64,000 bases of DNA from an uncultured Spirochaetota bacterium (GCA_963768055.1 CAVYGN010000001.1:1408001-1472000); one strand, 5' to 3'. Counted from the stretch's first letter, positions 1 through 10,384 are shown. Notes: generated from the sequence alone by a model not told the origin. Translations and numbers: made by a program.

Positions 1-1406
1 AACCGGAAAATGTTTTTTATAATAAAACGCGGATTTAAAAAGAACTTAAAATTGGCCTTTCTAACCATCTTTTCAATCTGTTTTTTTTTCAGGTGAGGAT
101 ATTCGATGATCGATTTTTTCTGTACATCTACCGGAACATAATCGCCGTATACAAGCCACCCCTTCTCCTGGGCCTGGCGATAAAATTCCGTCCCGGGAAA
201 AGGGTTGCAGATTGAAAACATGACCATATCCGGATCAAGGCGGATAGATTCCTCAATCGTTTTTTTAATCGTTTCCACCGTTTCCAGGGAAGAGGCCGCA
301 ATCAGAATATTGAGCTTGGGCGCAATATTGTTCCCTTTTAGTATTTTAATGGCTTCATAAAATGTGTCAAGCTTGATCCCCTTTCTGACGTCATCCAGAA
401 TTGCCTGGTTGAAAGATTCAATACCAATGTCGATGTAAACGCAGCCCGCTTTCGCCATCGCTGAAACGACTTCATTGTCGGTAAGAGAATCGGCACGCGC
501 AAGGCATCCCCAGCGCATCTTGAATTTCTCAATACCCTTGCAGATTTCTACCGTCCGCTTTTTATTTAAAACAAATTCATCATCGATAATGCTGACTGTC
601 CTGTAACCCTGTTCAAAAAGGCTTTTAAATTCCTCTATTACCTTCCGGGACGACCGGTAGCGCACCCCGGGAATACTATTGACAGTATTTTTATGCCTGT
701 TATATTCAAGTTTTGCGGCAAATGAAAGAGAGCAGGGCACACAGTAGGTGCATTGAAAAGGGCAGCCTCGTGTTGTAAGCATTGCCGTAAAAGGACGTTC
801 TTTCAGCTTCGGATTAAAATAAAGATCGCGGTTTATCAATTCCCTTGCAGGTATCGGAAGATCATCCAGATCTTCTATCAACTCCCGGTAGGGGTTATTA
901 ATAACTTCACCGCCCCCCCCGGATTTTTTGAAGCTTATGCCGCTGATCGCTTCCAGGGGGCCTTTCAACTTCCCGTCAAAATAGTTTATCAGATCGAGGA
1001 TTGTAAAATCCCCCTCTCCCCGGACTATGTAACAATTCTCGTCAAATATAAAATATTCAGGGTCCCAGGCCGGGGCAGGACCGCAGAAAATAATTTTTTT
1101 ATTTCCCCTAATCCTGCGAATATTTTCCCTGGCAAGCTTATCGAGTTCTTTTGAGAGATTGACGCTGTAAAATATATAAACATCACTATCGTCTTTTTCA
1201 AGGAATGGAACGAATTCTTTGGGTTTCATTCCCTCCACGGGCGCATCCGTCACTTTTACCGAATGCCCCGCTTCCATCAGTACGGCGGCGTATGTCAGGA
1301 TGAACACATTCGGGATCGCGTAAAGCCCATAAGTGCAGCCGAATACCCTCTCAGGGATTCGTCCTCCGTTGATCGCCGGCGGAATAAGAAAGTTTACTCT
1401 CTGCAT
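1..1406 (-). CDS. B12-binding radical SAM protein, 3' end runs off the window (missing from the ORF track)
   Basis: Hand translation from ATG at 1406 (TAATG overlap with the upstream GT2 stop): MQRVNFLIPPAINGGRIPERVFGCTYGLYAIPNV...; contains TTRGCPFQCTYCVP (CxxxCxxC) near 745-775 and IDIGIES; frame appears open to position 1. Confidence 0.88.
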   Translation of the reverse strand, partial: MQRVNFLIPPAINGGRIPERVFGCTYGLYAIPNVFILTYAAVLMEAGHSVKVTDAPVEGMKPKEFVPFLEKDDSDVYIFYSVNLSKELDKLARENIRRIRGNKKIIFCGPAPAWDPEYFIFDENCYIVRGEGDFTILDLINYFDGKLKGPLEAISGISFKKSGGGGEVINNPYRELIEDLDDLPIPARELINRDLYFNPKLKERPFTAMLTTRGCPFQCTYCVPCSLSFAAKLEYNRHKNTVNSIPGVRYRSSRKVIEEFKSLFEQGYRTVSIIDDEFVLNKKRTVEICKGIEKFKMRWGCLARADSLTDNEVVSAMAKAGCVYIDIGIESFNQAILDDVRKGIKLDTFYEAIKILKGNNIAPKLNILIAASSLETVETIKKTIEESIRLDPDMVMFSICNPFPGTEFYRQAQEKGWLVYGDYVPVDVQKKSIIEYPHLKKKQIEKMVRKANFKFFLNPRFIIKNIFR

Positions 1407-2170
1407 TATTTTTTCCTCATAAAATTTCGGTAATAAAAAGAAAGGGCGGCAAAGGTATGTTCTATTATGCGTATACTCAATTTTGCGCTTGACCTGCGGT
1501 ACTCATGGTAAACCTTTGCATCGGGGTAATAGACGGTTTTATAGTTTTTGTTCTTCGCCCTGAAACAATAATCTACGTCTTCAAATCCGAATGAAGTAAC
1601 TTCCTGGAAATAGCCTATTTCCCCAACCGTCTTTTTTCTAACCATTAGACATGCTCCCTGAACCCAATCCACTTCCTTTATAGAAGCATGGTCCCAATCA
1701 AGCATGAGATGGCGAGAGAGTGCGCCCTTTTTAAATATTTTCCCCAGGAATGTTCTCCTGAGTATGATCGTCCAGAGAGTATAAAATTTTCGGCAGGAAT
1801 ACTGAAGGGTGCCGTCTTCATTTAAAAGCTGCATTCCCATTACAGCGATATCCGGGTGTTTGTCCATATAGGCGATTGCATCATTAAACCGGTCATCCCT
1901 GATCCAGGCATCGGCGTCAAGCATCAGAATATAATGCCCACCGGCATTTCTGATACCCACATTGCGCATTTCCCCTACTCCGAAACGGTTATACGGAATG
2001 ACTTTGATAAAAGGAAATTCCGTTAAAACCCTATCGTTAGGATCATCAGAGGCTTTATGAATAACCAATATTTCATATTTTTTATCCCAGCCCGCTGATC
2101 TGATCGATTCCAGACATCTTTTCAGCTTTTCACCCATCCTGTAATGTATGATGACAACAGTTAAATCCAT
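1406..2170 (-). CDS. Glycosyltransferase family 2 (rhamnosyltransferase-like)
   Basis: MDLTVVII, YILMLDAD (DxD), VDWVQGACLMVR, FEDVDYCFRA motifs. Confidence 0.9.
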   Translation of the reverse strand: MDLTVVIIHYRMGEKLKRCLESIRSAGWDKKYEILVIHKASDDPNDRVLTEFPFIKVIPYNRFGVGEMRNVGIRNAGGHYILMLDADAWIRDDRFNDAIAYMDKHPDIAVMGMQLLNEDGTLQYSCRKFYTLWTIILRRTFLGKIFKKGALSRHLMLDWDHASIKEVDWVQGACLMVRKKTVGEIGYFQEVTSFGFEDVDYCFRAKNKNYKTVYYPDAKVYHEYRRSSAKLSIRIIEHTFAALSFYYRNFMRKK

Positions 2171-2272
2171 CAAATCCTATTCTTTGAACCCTTCCAGCAC
2201 ATAGCAGTGGTTCCAATCCTGGCAATATTATAATATAAAACTGTTCTATTGTAAAAAAACCATGACCTGATC

Positions 2273-2350
2273 AGTCGGCAGTCAACAGTCGAAAGTCAAC
2301 AGTGTATGAACACTTGCGATAACTTGACTGTAGACTGTTGACTATTGACT
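2273..2350. repeat. Inverted array of 7-nt units (AGTCRRM x4 ... RTWGACT-type x4)
   Basis: agtcggc agtcaac agtcgaa agtcaac agt, ~20 nt spacer, then ttgact gtagact gttgact attgact; the two arms are reverse complements. Confidence 0.85.
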
Positions 2351-2412
2351 ATGGCATTTTTTCCTGTCTTAATATATAATATCATATCTTGAAAGCTTCG
2401 CAGGATAATAAT

Positions 2413-4446
2413 ATGAGATCGATATTAAGCCTTATTCTTCTTTTCATTTCCGTTTTTTCTTATACCCAGACTATCGACGAGATCAATGCAGAAAAAAACT
2501 TCAAAACCGGTATGGTGAGGTTTTATAACAGGGAATATGAAGCTGCGATCCAATTATTTTCCAAAGCCCTGTCATACCAAAAATTAAACAATAAGGTACG
2601 TTATTACCTTGGCTGTTCGTACCTAAACGCGGGCTATACAAAAAACGCTATCGACGAATGGGAGAATATTGTAAAGTTCGGCGATACTTCATACCAGATC
2701 CGTCAGAAGCTGAACGATCTCTATTTCAGGCTGGCGATTGATAAAAGCTATGATTATTCAAACCCTTACGTCTTCACCCGGCTGTATAACGGTATTGAAA
2801 ACGGCATGCATAAAATTGACAGGCCGTCCTTTATAACATACGATAATAAAAACGATTCCATGATCGTATCCTCTACTGCTACCAAATATGTAGTCGAGAT
2901 CGACAGTTCCGGTAAGCCTGTAAGGGAGATCGGACGAAACTTCGGAGATTATTCATCTTTCCAGCTACCCATGGGAATATGCCTTTATAACAATATATTT
3001 TATATAGCCGATTACAAAGCCGATGAAATTTTTACATTCGACAGGGAAGGTAAATTCCTCTCAAAGTTCGGTTCGAGCGGGGTCGCATCTTCAAACATAG
3101 CCGGGCCTATGGGCCTTTATATTTCCGAGGACGAGTACCTTTTCGCCGTTGACAACGGAAACGACAGGATACAGAAATTCGGGCTCAAAGGAGAATGGAT
3201 CCAGAGTATCGGTGAGGGAGTTTTAAAAAGGCCGACTGATGTCGCCGGCGCGAGCGGAATTATTTATGTTTCCGATACGTTCAATAAAAGGATCGTATCG
3301 TTTGACACCTTTGGAAATATGCTCGATATAATAGGCGAAGGCATTCTGCAGGAACCTCTCGGACTTTTTATAAAAAACGGTAAGCTTTACATCTGCGATG
3401 CGGAGAACGGTTTATACATTTATGACATCACCGGAAAAAGCCTTAATAAATTCAATACTGACGAAAACAAAGTCCGTTTTGCATTCGACGCCTGCCTGGA
3501 TTCAAAAAATATTATATACGAAACGGATTTCAATACCCCTAATATTGCGATATTCAATCCCCTGCAGCTTCAGTATGCTAATTTAGGACTAACGGTATCC
3601 CAGATCTGGCTCTCCAATTATCCCAGGAATCTGCTTCATTTAAGGGTCTGGGATAAAACAGGCAAACCGGTTTTTAACCTGAAAGAGGAGAATATATCCA
3701 TATTTGAAGAAGGCACGGAAATTCCCTTCATAAGATTAGGGCCGACTTTTGAATTCAGAAAAAATATGTATGTTAAGATCATTATAGATAAAAGCCAGGC
3801 GATGGAGGAATATGAACCCGAATTGATCGAAATGCTGAATTCATTCCTTACACAAACAACAGGTGAAGATTGGCTTGATGTGGTGACGGTAAACGATACA
3901 ATTGAGAATTCGGGAAGAATGCCGTCAAGCATTCTCCGTCCTGTTGATTTTGTCAGGAAAATTCCTTACCGCGGCCTTTATCCGCAGGACCTCGACAATG
4001 CAATTCATTCGTCTATTACAGAGCTTTTAAATATTAACAGGAACAAGGCCCTTATAATTTTCACCGCGGGGGAAACCGGCAATTCAACTTTCTCCAATTA
4101 TGATGCCGACATGATATCCACTTATGCAAAACAAAATGCAGTACCGGTTTATGTAATTAACTTTACCGATAAAAACAGGGAAATTTACGAAAGGATTACC
4201 GAAGAAACTTTCGGCAGGTACTATTCAATCAGGGACCTTAAAGCTATACTTAATATCTACCAGGAGATAAAAAACGCTCCGCCGCTGGAATATATAATCA
4301 GTTATGAGGGGTTGAACTTGAAAGGGTTGAGGGACATGTGGATAAACGTCCATATCAAGGTTAAATATAAAAACCTAATGGGGATAGACGATACAGGCTA
4401 TTATGTACCGGAACTCTTTACACCGGTATCTTTGCCCGGACAATAA
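2413..4446 (+). CDS. Exported TPR + NHL-repeat beta-propeller + VWA-like protein
   Basis: Signal peptide; TPR pair; NHL repeats (PMGI, GPMGL...DNGNDRIQKF, RPTDV, EPLGL); C-terminal IIIDKS...ALIIFTAG VWA-like domain. Confidence 0.8.
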   Translation: MRSILSLILLFISVFSYTQTIDEINAEKNFKTGMVRFYNREYEAAIQLFSKALSYQKLNNKVRYYLGCSYLNAGYTKNAIDEWENIVKFGDTSYQIRQKLNDLYFRLAIDKSYDYSNPYVFTRLYNGIENGMHKIDRPSFITYDNKNDSMIVSSTATKYVVEIDSSGKPVREIGRNFGDYSSFQLPMGICLYNNIFYIADYKADEIFTFDREGKFLSKFGSSGVASSNIAGPMGLYISEDEYLFAVDNGNDRIQKFGLKGEWIQSIGEGVLKRPTDVAGASGIIYVSDTFNKRIVSFDTFGNMLDIIGEGILQEPLGLFIKNGKLYICDAENGLYIYDITGKSLNKFNTDENKVRFAFDACLDSKNIIYETDFNTPNIAIFNPLQLQYANLGLTVSQIWLSNYPRNLLHLRVWDKTGKPVFNLKEENISIFEEGTEIPFIRLGPTFEFRKNMYVKIIIDKSQAMEEYEPELIEMLNSFLTQTTGEDWLDVVTVNDTIENSGRMPSSILRPVDFVRKIPYRGLYPQDLDNAIHSSITELLNINRNKALIIFTAGETGNSTFSNYDADMISTYAKQNAVPVYVINFTDKNREIYERITEETFGRYYSIRDLKAILNIYQEIKNAPPLEYIISYEGLNLKGLRDMWINVHIKVKYKNLMGIDDTGYYVPELFTPVSLPGQ

Positions 4447-4510
4447 ATTACTGAATGACATTACTGGACAAAAGCACTGCCGGGCAGGATAAACCCTTAC
4501 AGGATAGACC

Positions 4511-5020
4511 CTATCTGAACATTTCTTTTATAACTATTTGCTGCATTTTTTTTAATAAAGCCGTATCTTTCTCATCATGATAGGGCTTTATATCAAGGTT
4601 CGGGGGTATCTTTTTAAGGTTTTCATGCCCTGCGCATTTTATATATCGCTGCATGAAAGAATCGTATTCCCTCCACTTAATTCCCGCCGCCCGGACCGCC
4701 GCTTCTTCCGCCCGGAGGGCTATTTGATGGGCATGCTGGTAAACCAGCCCCAGTTCATCGATTAGAGATTTTTCAACCGATTCATGCAATACCAGAAAAG
4801 GATCCACATCATATTTTCCAACGGAGGTTTCCAGGAACTCCGGAAGATGCCTGTCGATAAAAATAGTCTTTCCATCCCGGCTATAACCCGCCAGATAGGG
4901 GATATCCCAGGACCTGTCGAGTTTGTTTTTCTTAAGAATATTTTTAACTGCCTTTTTCAGCATATCGGTTGAAACAAGAGTGTCGTCCCTTCCTATCCTC
5001 TTCTTCTTTTTTACCGCCAT
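4511..5020 (-). CDS. Hypothetical protein with HExxE / HxH putative metal-binding residues
   Basis: GGAGG RBS before ATG 5020; DIPYLAGYS...IDRHLP...LHESVEK...YQHAHQIA. Confidence 0.7.
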   Translation of the reverse strand: MAVKKKKRIGRDDTLVSTDMLKKAVKNILKKNKLDRSWDIPYLAGYSRDGKTIFIDRHLPEFLETSVGKYDVDPFLVLHESVEKSLIDELGLVYQHAHQIALRAEEAAVRAAGIKWREYDSFMQRYIKCAGHENLKKIPPNLDIKPYHDEKDTALLKKMQQIVIKEMFR

Positions 5021-5039
5021 ATTTACCTCCTTTATGTAA

Positions 5040-5172
5040 AACCGCAGATTTGCACAGATATACCGGAAGGAAAGCGGGCTTATCTGTGAAATCCGCATAA
5101 AATTATATCAGAGATTATAGATCACTGCAAAGGATGATAAGAAAAAAGTTATAATCTGCTTAATCTGTGGTT
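5040..5172. repeat. Periodic (~9-nt) inverted-repeat element (CCGCAGATT/CACAGAT ... ATCTGTG/AATCTGTGG)
   Basis: aaccgcagatttgcacagata pairs with tatctgtgaaatccgc and with aatctgcttaatctgtggtt at the radA stop. Confidence 0.7.
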
Positions 5173-6511
5173 AGAACATCAAAGATATGCATTCGGATAT
5201 ATTCTTGACCGGGTATAAAGTAAACCCCTCGGGCCGTTTCAATTTACCCGCCTGGTAAGGAACTATCATTTTATTAAAAACATTCCTGGAGCTTTCCGCA
5301 ATCCTTTTATCAATTTTTATTACCGGCCTGACTTCACCCGTCAATCCGACTTCACCGCATGCCATAATATCGAGCGCCGACGTCAAGCCCTTTAAGGAAG
5401 AATATACGGCAGCTACTACAGGCAGGTCTAGAGCGGGGTCCTGTATATGCAGGCCGTTTGTAACATTAAGATAAACGTCATGATTCGATAAACTGATCTT
5501 TAGGTTTTTCTCCATAACCGCGATCAGCATGTACAATCTGCCCGGATCCATTCCGTCCGAAGTCCTTTTAGGATAGTTAAACTGGGATGGGCTTGTTAAA
5601 GCCTGTATTTCAACAGGGATAACCCTGTTTCCCTCGGCCATAGGGAAAAAAGATATGCCTGTGACCTGTCCCTCATGACCGTAAAGAAATGCTTCTGAAA
5701 CATTACCGATGGATTTAAGACCTGTTTCTTCCATTGTAAAAAACCCGATTTCATCAGTGGAGAAAAATCTGTTTTTATTGCAGTGTAAAATTCTGTAATA
5801 ACATCTGCCGTCCATTTCCAGAAACAATACTGTATCCACTATATGTTCCAGTATTTTAGGACCGGCTATGATGCCGCTTTTTGTGACATGCCCTACGATA
5901 AAAAGGGCGAAGTCCATTTCCTTACTTAGTTTTACCAGTGCATATGCCGATTCCCTCATCTGAACAATGCTTCCGGGTAGAGACTCAAATGATGCGGAAA
6001 ATACTGTCTGGATGGAATCGACAAAAACGAATTTCGGGGCCTCTTTCCGGAGAGCATTTATTATCTCATCGATATCATTTTCGGGAAATAATAAAACTTC
6101 GCAATTATCGGCGCCAAGGCGTGATGCCCTCAATTTTATCTGGGAGTTCGATTCTTCGCCGTTGATGTAAAAAACCTTACCCTGTCCGGCCAGGTTATTG
6201 GCTGCTTCAAGAATAAGCGTTGATTTACCGATCCCGGGTTCGCCTGATATGAGTATCGCCTGGCCCGGTATTATTCCCCCGAGGACTCTGTCCAGTTCAT
6301 CGATCCCGGTAAAATATCTTTCTTTTTCATCGCTTTTAATCTTTGACAGGGGTATAGCCGTTTTTTTGGGTACTTTGTCGATATGGCCTGAAGATTTATT
6401 GCTTACAGCTTCCTCAGTAAAACTATTCCAGCTGGAGCATTCAGGGCACCTTCCCAGCCATTTAGAGGATTGGTATCCGCAATTAAAACAAAGGAAAAGG
6501 GATTTTTTCAT
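5171..6511 (-). CDS. radA: DNA repair protein RadA/Sms
   Basis: CxxC-x10-CPEC zinc finger, GEPGIGKST Walker A, KNRF motif, Lon-like C-terminus (GEVGLTGEVR). Confidence 0.97.
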   Translation of the reverse strand: MKKSLFLCFNCGYQSSKWLGRCPECSSWNSFTEEAVSNKSSGHIDKVPKKTAIPLSKIKSDEKERYFTGIDELDRVLGGIIPGQAILISGEPGIGKSTLILEAANNLAGQGKVFYINGEESNSQIKLRASRLGADNCEVLLFPENDIDEIINALRKEAPKFVFVDSIQTVFSASFESLPGSIVQMRESAYALVKLSKEMDFALFIVGHVTKSGIIAGPKILEHIVDTVLFLEMDGRCYYRILHCNKNRFFSTDEIGFFTMEETGLKSIGNVSEAFLYGHEGQVTGISFFPMAEGNRVIPVEIQALTSPSQFNYPKRTSDGMDPGRLYMLIAVMEKNLKISLSNHDVYLNVTNGLHIQDPALDLPVVAAVYSSLKGLTSALDIMACGEVGLTGEVRPVIKIDKRIAESSRNVFNKMIVPYQAGKLKRPEGFTLYPVKNISECISLMF

Positions 6512-6796
6512 TTAAGAGGATTTTGATTTTTCTGTTTGCGCTTCTGTGGCCTTGCCTGAAGCTTTCTTCTTATCAGGGGCCTGGGTTTTACCGCCCCTGA
6601 ATAAAAGAGAGTACGTTATCAGGCCTAAGATATAACCTATCAGCAGACTGATAAGAATAACAGTTATGACAGGCATTTTCCCAAGGGGTACGATAAATGA
6701 TACGTCTACCGGGCTTAAATTCTGGACAACAATGATCACAAGAAGGATAAGAAGAATGATCAGCGAGAATAGCCTTAATAAATTGTTCTTTTTCAT
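6512..6796 (-). CDS. LapA/DUF1049-family small membrane protein
   Basis: Two TM helices with QN..V.V.F linker and a basic tail. Confidence 0.75.
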   Translation of the reverse strand: MKKNNLLRLFSLIILLILLVIIVVQNLSPVDVSFIVPLGKMPVITVILISLLIGYILGLITYSLLFRGGKTQAPDKKKASGKATEAQTEKSKSS

Positions 6797-6817
6797 TATT
6801 ACCTCCCCTTTTTGAAG

Positions 6818-7294
6818 TTATAAGTACTTTTTTGCGGTTTTTTTGATCAGATCCGGTAAATTCGCCATATTCTTTTTTGTACATCTGATCGAGAAGGAAC
6901 CTTCAATCAGTCCTCCCCTTTCCCTTATTCTATTTTCCATTTTATTGAGGACCGGCTGCGATTTACCAAAAATATTCGTACAGAAAATTACTATCTTTTT
7001 CCTTTTCAGCGAAGCCTCGTTTATAAGGGTATTTATCGCCGGAACGGGATTCCCGCCCCAAACAGGGGTTCCGATGAAAATCCTTTCATATCCGCTAATA
7101 TTCGGATTATACGGCCGCAATTCACTTTTTAAGCCTGTTAACGCCTGGAGGGGCGATATAAGATAACTTAATATCCCCTTTCTTATCGAAACTTCCTCCA
7201 GCCTTCTTAATTCAGCGCCCGTAATCTTCATTAAGGCTTCGGCTACAGACTTTGTCTTTCCCTTCCATGAATAATAATATATCAAGGATTTCAT
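6818..7294 (-). CDS. Flavodoxin family protein
   Basis: YYYSWKGKTKSVA FMN loop, IFIGTPVW, VIFCT. Confidence 0.88.
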   Translation of the reverse strand: MKSLIYYYSWKGKTKSVAEALMKITGAELRRLEEVSIRKGILSYLISPLQALTGLKSELRPYNPNISGYERIFIGTPVWGGNPVPAINTLINEASLKRKKIVIFCTNIFGKSQPVLNKMENRIRERGGLIEGSFSIRCTKKNMANLPDLIKKTAKKYL

Positions 7295-7329
7295 ATACCC
7301 TCAAAATAATCTTTTACAAGATAAACCTT

Positions 7330-7851
7330 TTATTCCAGATTAAGGTCTTTACGAAGCCTCTGTTTTACATCGCCGGTTATATCGAATTCCCTGTCTATAA
7401 ACAGGAGAATGTCGTTCCCCTTTCTGAAAACAAAGCTGAATCCCTTTTCCTCGCTTACTTCCTCGATAACAGACGATATCCTTGCAAAAACAGGTTTTGT
7501 AAGTTCTTCTTTGAAAGCGGTGACTTTGTTGTTCGATTCTGTTATAAATTCACCCAGCTGTTGACGTTTTAATTCAAGTTCAGCCTCGCGCCTTTGTTTT
7601 TCATCATCCGAAAGATTTGAACTCTGAGAATAATCTTTTTCCAGAAGACCTATTTCCTCTTTTCTTTTATCGATTTCTACCTGGTATTTCCGGCGTTCGT
7701 CAAGGAGTTTTTTTCTTATGTCGTCAATTCCGGGAAAAGTATTAAACACCTCTTCAACATCCACACAGCCTATCTTGAACTGGCGAAGGCTGTAAACACT
7801 GCCGAACAATAACAGAAGACATATTGAAGTAAAAATGGTTTTTTTCAGCAT
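7330..7851 (-). CDS. skp: OmpH/Skp periplasmic chaperone
   Basis: Signal peptide, KIGCVD, long coiled coil, GFSFVF...DITGDV; directly downstream of bamA. Confidence 0.9.
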   Translation of the reverse strand: MLKKTIFTSICLLLLFGSVYSLRQFKIGCVDVEEVFNTFPGIDDIRKKLLDERRKYQVEIDKRKEEIGLLEKDYSQSSNLSDDEKQRREAELELKRQQLGEFITESNNKVTAFKEELTKPVFARISSVIEEVSEEKGFSFVFRKGNDILLFIDREFDITGDVKQRLRKDLNLE

Positions 7852-7861
7852 TGTTTTCTCC

Positions 7862-10300
7862 TTAAAACACGCCCTGGATACTGAGCACGGGCGTAAGATT
7901 ATCAAACAAATTCTGATCCTGGTCCAGCTGAAATGTATTCAGGCTTGCGCTATACTCTCCGCGTCTCGCTACATATATACGAATTGGAAGTCCGATTATA
8001 TTGACCTGAATTCCTATTCCGAAACTGAACAAATACCCGAAGGGGGAAAACGGCGCTATACCGTTATACGTAGACCAAAGATTTCCCATATCATAGAAAA
8101 ACACTCCCCAGATAGGGTCATATATCTCGAACCGCAGTTCACCGCTGATATAATCCCTGGAGAGGCCTCTCGTTGAAAGACCTGACCATCCCCTGAGCTC
8201 ATAAACACCGTCAAACCACAGCATATCTGAATAATCATACACATACTGCCCGTTAAACTGAGGGGTTATAAATTGAACATCGCCGTGCAGGGCCAGCACA
8301 ACCCTCCAAAAAGGAATTGGAAAACTAAGGTATTGGCTGTATGACAGGCTGGGATGTAAATACTGCGCATAACCTCCCATTATACCGCCGATATATGATA
8401 GGTTCAGGTTAAAAATACTCCCCTCAAGCGGGCGCAGGGGATGGTCGGTAGAATTCCTTGAAAACCCTAAATTAATATAATTCTTGAAAAGCCAGCTGTT
8501 GGTAAGGGCGTATTCAAGGTTGGTATTTGTCTCCCAATGGTCCGTAAAGATCAGAGGCGTACTGAAGTCTGCCCCGTAATCCCTGTATATCGATGTGCCT
8601 ACCCCGGTTGATATTTCCCAGTAATCCGGAAACTTCCTCCTAATACCCAATCCGAGAGAGATTGTTTCCTCCCAGTAAGCATTAGTGCAAGCGGTATTAA
8701 ATAGAACATTATTGGAAGGGTTCTGAATGTAATTGAAATTCGTTTGGTCTAAAAAACCGGTCCCTGAAGAATCGGCCGGGACATTGCTAAACTGGGCCAG
8801 CGAATATCCAAGGGTTATATCTCCAAAAATCGGCTGGTCAAAAAGCCATGGTTCCTCGTATGTTATAGAAGCCGAATCGGCAGTCTGGCCGACCGAGGCC
8901 TTCAGCGATATTTCCCTTCCTGTTCCTCCCAGATTCTTCTCCGAGACCTGCCCGGCCAGGTTAAAACCGCTTATAGTCCCGTAACCGACCCCGAAGGTTA
9001 CTATGCCTGTCCTGGCTTCGTCCACGTTCATATCGAGATCTATTAGTCCTTCAGCGCTGCCCGGTAAGTATTCCGGTTTTACATCATTAAAATATGACAT
9101 CTGCATCAAATCATCATACGTTTTCTTGACTTTCCACTGGATGTAGAGTTCTCCCTCCTGATATTCGAATTCCCTCTTTATGACTTTCGTTTCTGTTTTA
9201 GTATTGCCGGAAACGGTAACATGCTCGATATGTGTCTGCGGCCCTTCGACAATAACAAGCTGAGAATCGACTATTCTGTTAGTTTCTTCTTTATTTAAAA
9301 GCAGGGAAACGTTTGCGTATAAATGCCCGTCATCGCTGTATTTGTTGAATATTTTAAGACGGATATTATCCATCTTGACTTTATCATAAATTTGGCCTTC
9401 TTTTAAATCGATCAGATCCTGGAGCTCTTTGGTCGTAAAAAGGGTGTTCCCTGTAATGGTAATTTTGCCGGTTTTGAATTTTTGGCCTTCGGAAATAACA
9501 ACATTAACTACTATGGCTTTATGTTTGTCCGCTCCGAGGTCCTGGATTGACCAGCTGAATTCTTTGAGAGAAGCGTCTATATATCCCTTTTGTCCGTATA
9601 ATTGCACGATTAGATCCTTGTCTTTTTCAAAATCTTTCTCTTTCATAACACCGTCAATAAATATAAAGAAAACTTCTTTTGTTTTCATGACGCTTTTGAT
9701 TTCATCGGCTTTTACATTATCATTTCCCGAAATATTGATCTTTTCAACAACGATCTTCCTGCCCGGAGTTACCTTGAATGCCAGATCGAAGGTTTGTTTT
9801 GCCACATTAACGGGTTTAAGTGTGGTCGTAACCGCCACCTCCCTGAAACCGTCATCAATATATTTCTTTTGAATCGCGTCTATAGATTTTGCCAGTTTGT
9901 TTTCCGTATAATATGAAAAATCCGTAAAGCTTATCACTTTTTTTAAATCATCCGAACTGATATTGTCATTGCCGGAGAATGTAACATTCCTTATGTAATA
10001 ATTCTCTTCGACAATAAAAGTAACAATAACCCCGTTAGTACCTTCCGCTATATCGACTTTTGCATTCTTGAACATATCGAGAGAATATAGTTTTTTAAGG
10101 GATTTATTAAGGGAGTCGGTATTTAAAACTCCTCCCACCTTTATTTCAAGAAGGGGCTTGATATCATCCGGATGAGCATTTATAAGCCCTTCGAATCTTA
10201 TATCCTGGATATTCTTGTCCTTCATATTTATTTCCTGGCTATATGAAAGATAAAGAGGTACTGTCATTAGCGCCAATAAGAAAATCATCACGCGGAACAT
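7862..10300 (-). CDS. bamA: Outer membrane protein assembly factor BamA
   Basis: POTRA domains (GNxx repeats, GNTKTETKVIKRE), NLGGTG, LRGW motif, barrel ending in F. Confidence 0.95.
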   Translation of the reverse strand: MFRVMIFLLALMTVPLYLSYSQEINMKDKNIQDIRFEGLINAHPDDIKPLLEIKVGGVLNTDSLNKSLKKLYSLDMFKNAKVDIAEGTNGVIVTFIVEENYYIRNVTFSGNDNISSDDLKKVISFTDFSYYTENKLAKSIDAIQKKYIDDGFREVAVTTTLKPVNVAKQTFDLAFKVTPGRKIVVEKINISGNDNVKADEIKSVMKTKEVFFIFIDGVMKEKDFEKDKDLIVQLYGQKGYIDASLKEFSWSIQDLGADKHKAIVVNVVISEGQKFKTGKITITGNTLFTTKELQDLIDLKEGQIYDKVKMDNIRLKIFNKYSDDGHLYANVSLLLNKEETNRIVDSQLVIVEGPQTHIEHVTVSGNTKTETKVIKREFEYQEGELYIQWKVKKTYDDLMQMSYFNDVKPEYLPGSAEGLIDLDMNVDEARTGIVTFGVGYGTISGFNLAGQVSEKNLGGTGREISLKASVGQTADSASITYEEPWLFDQPIFGDITLGYSLAQFSNVPADSSGTGFLDQTNFNYIQNPSNNVLFNTACTNAYWEETISLGLGIRRKFPDYWEISTGVGTSIYRDYGADFSTPLIFTDHWETNTNLEYALTNSWLFKNYINLGFSRNSTDHPLRPLEGSIFNLNLSYIGGIMGGYAQYLHPSLSYSQYLSFPIPFWRVVLALHGDVQFITPQFNGQYVYDYSDMLWFDGVYELRGWSGLSTRGLSRDYISGELRFEIYDPIWGVFFYDMGNLWSTYNGIAPFSPFGYLFSFGIGIQVNIIGLPIRIYVARRGEYSASLNTFQLDQDQNLFDNLTPVLSIQGVF

Positions 10301-10384
10301 AAACTCTCCTGTAAATAAACTTTAATAAACTGATTATTTTACTACATTTGTAGTACTTTGTCAAAATAAGACTGAATTCCGATA

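Noticed and set aside
338..1154. ORF-track entries 338-532 and 753-1154
   Set aside because: Shadow ORFs of the radical SAM gene (1-1406, minus strand), which the track missed because it has no stop in the window. The other short ORFs overlapping assigned genes were dismissed likewise.
2273..2350. CRISPR array
   Set aside because: Units are 7 nt with no unique spacers; no 23-47 nt repeat-spacer array or cas gene was seen anywhere in the window.
5055..5090. SRP RNA, suggested by ccggaaggaaagc
   Set aside because: Lacks the CAGG/AGCA internal-loop pairing and long SRP helix; better explained as the loop of the 9-nt periodic repeat.
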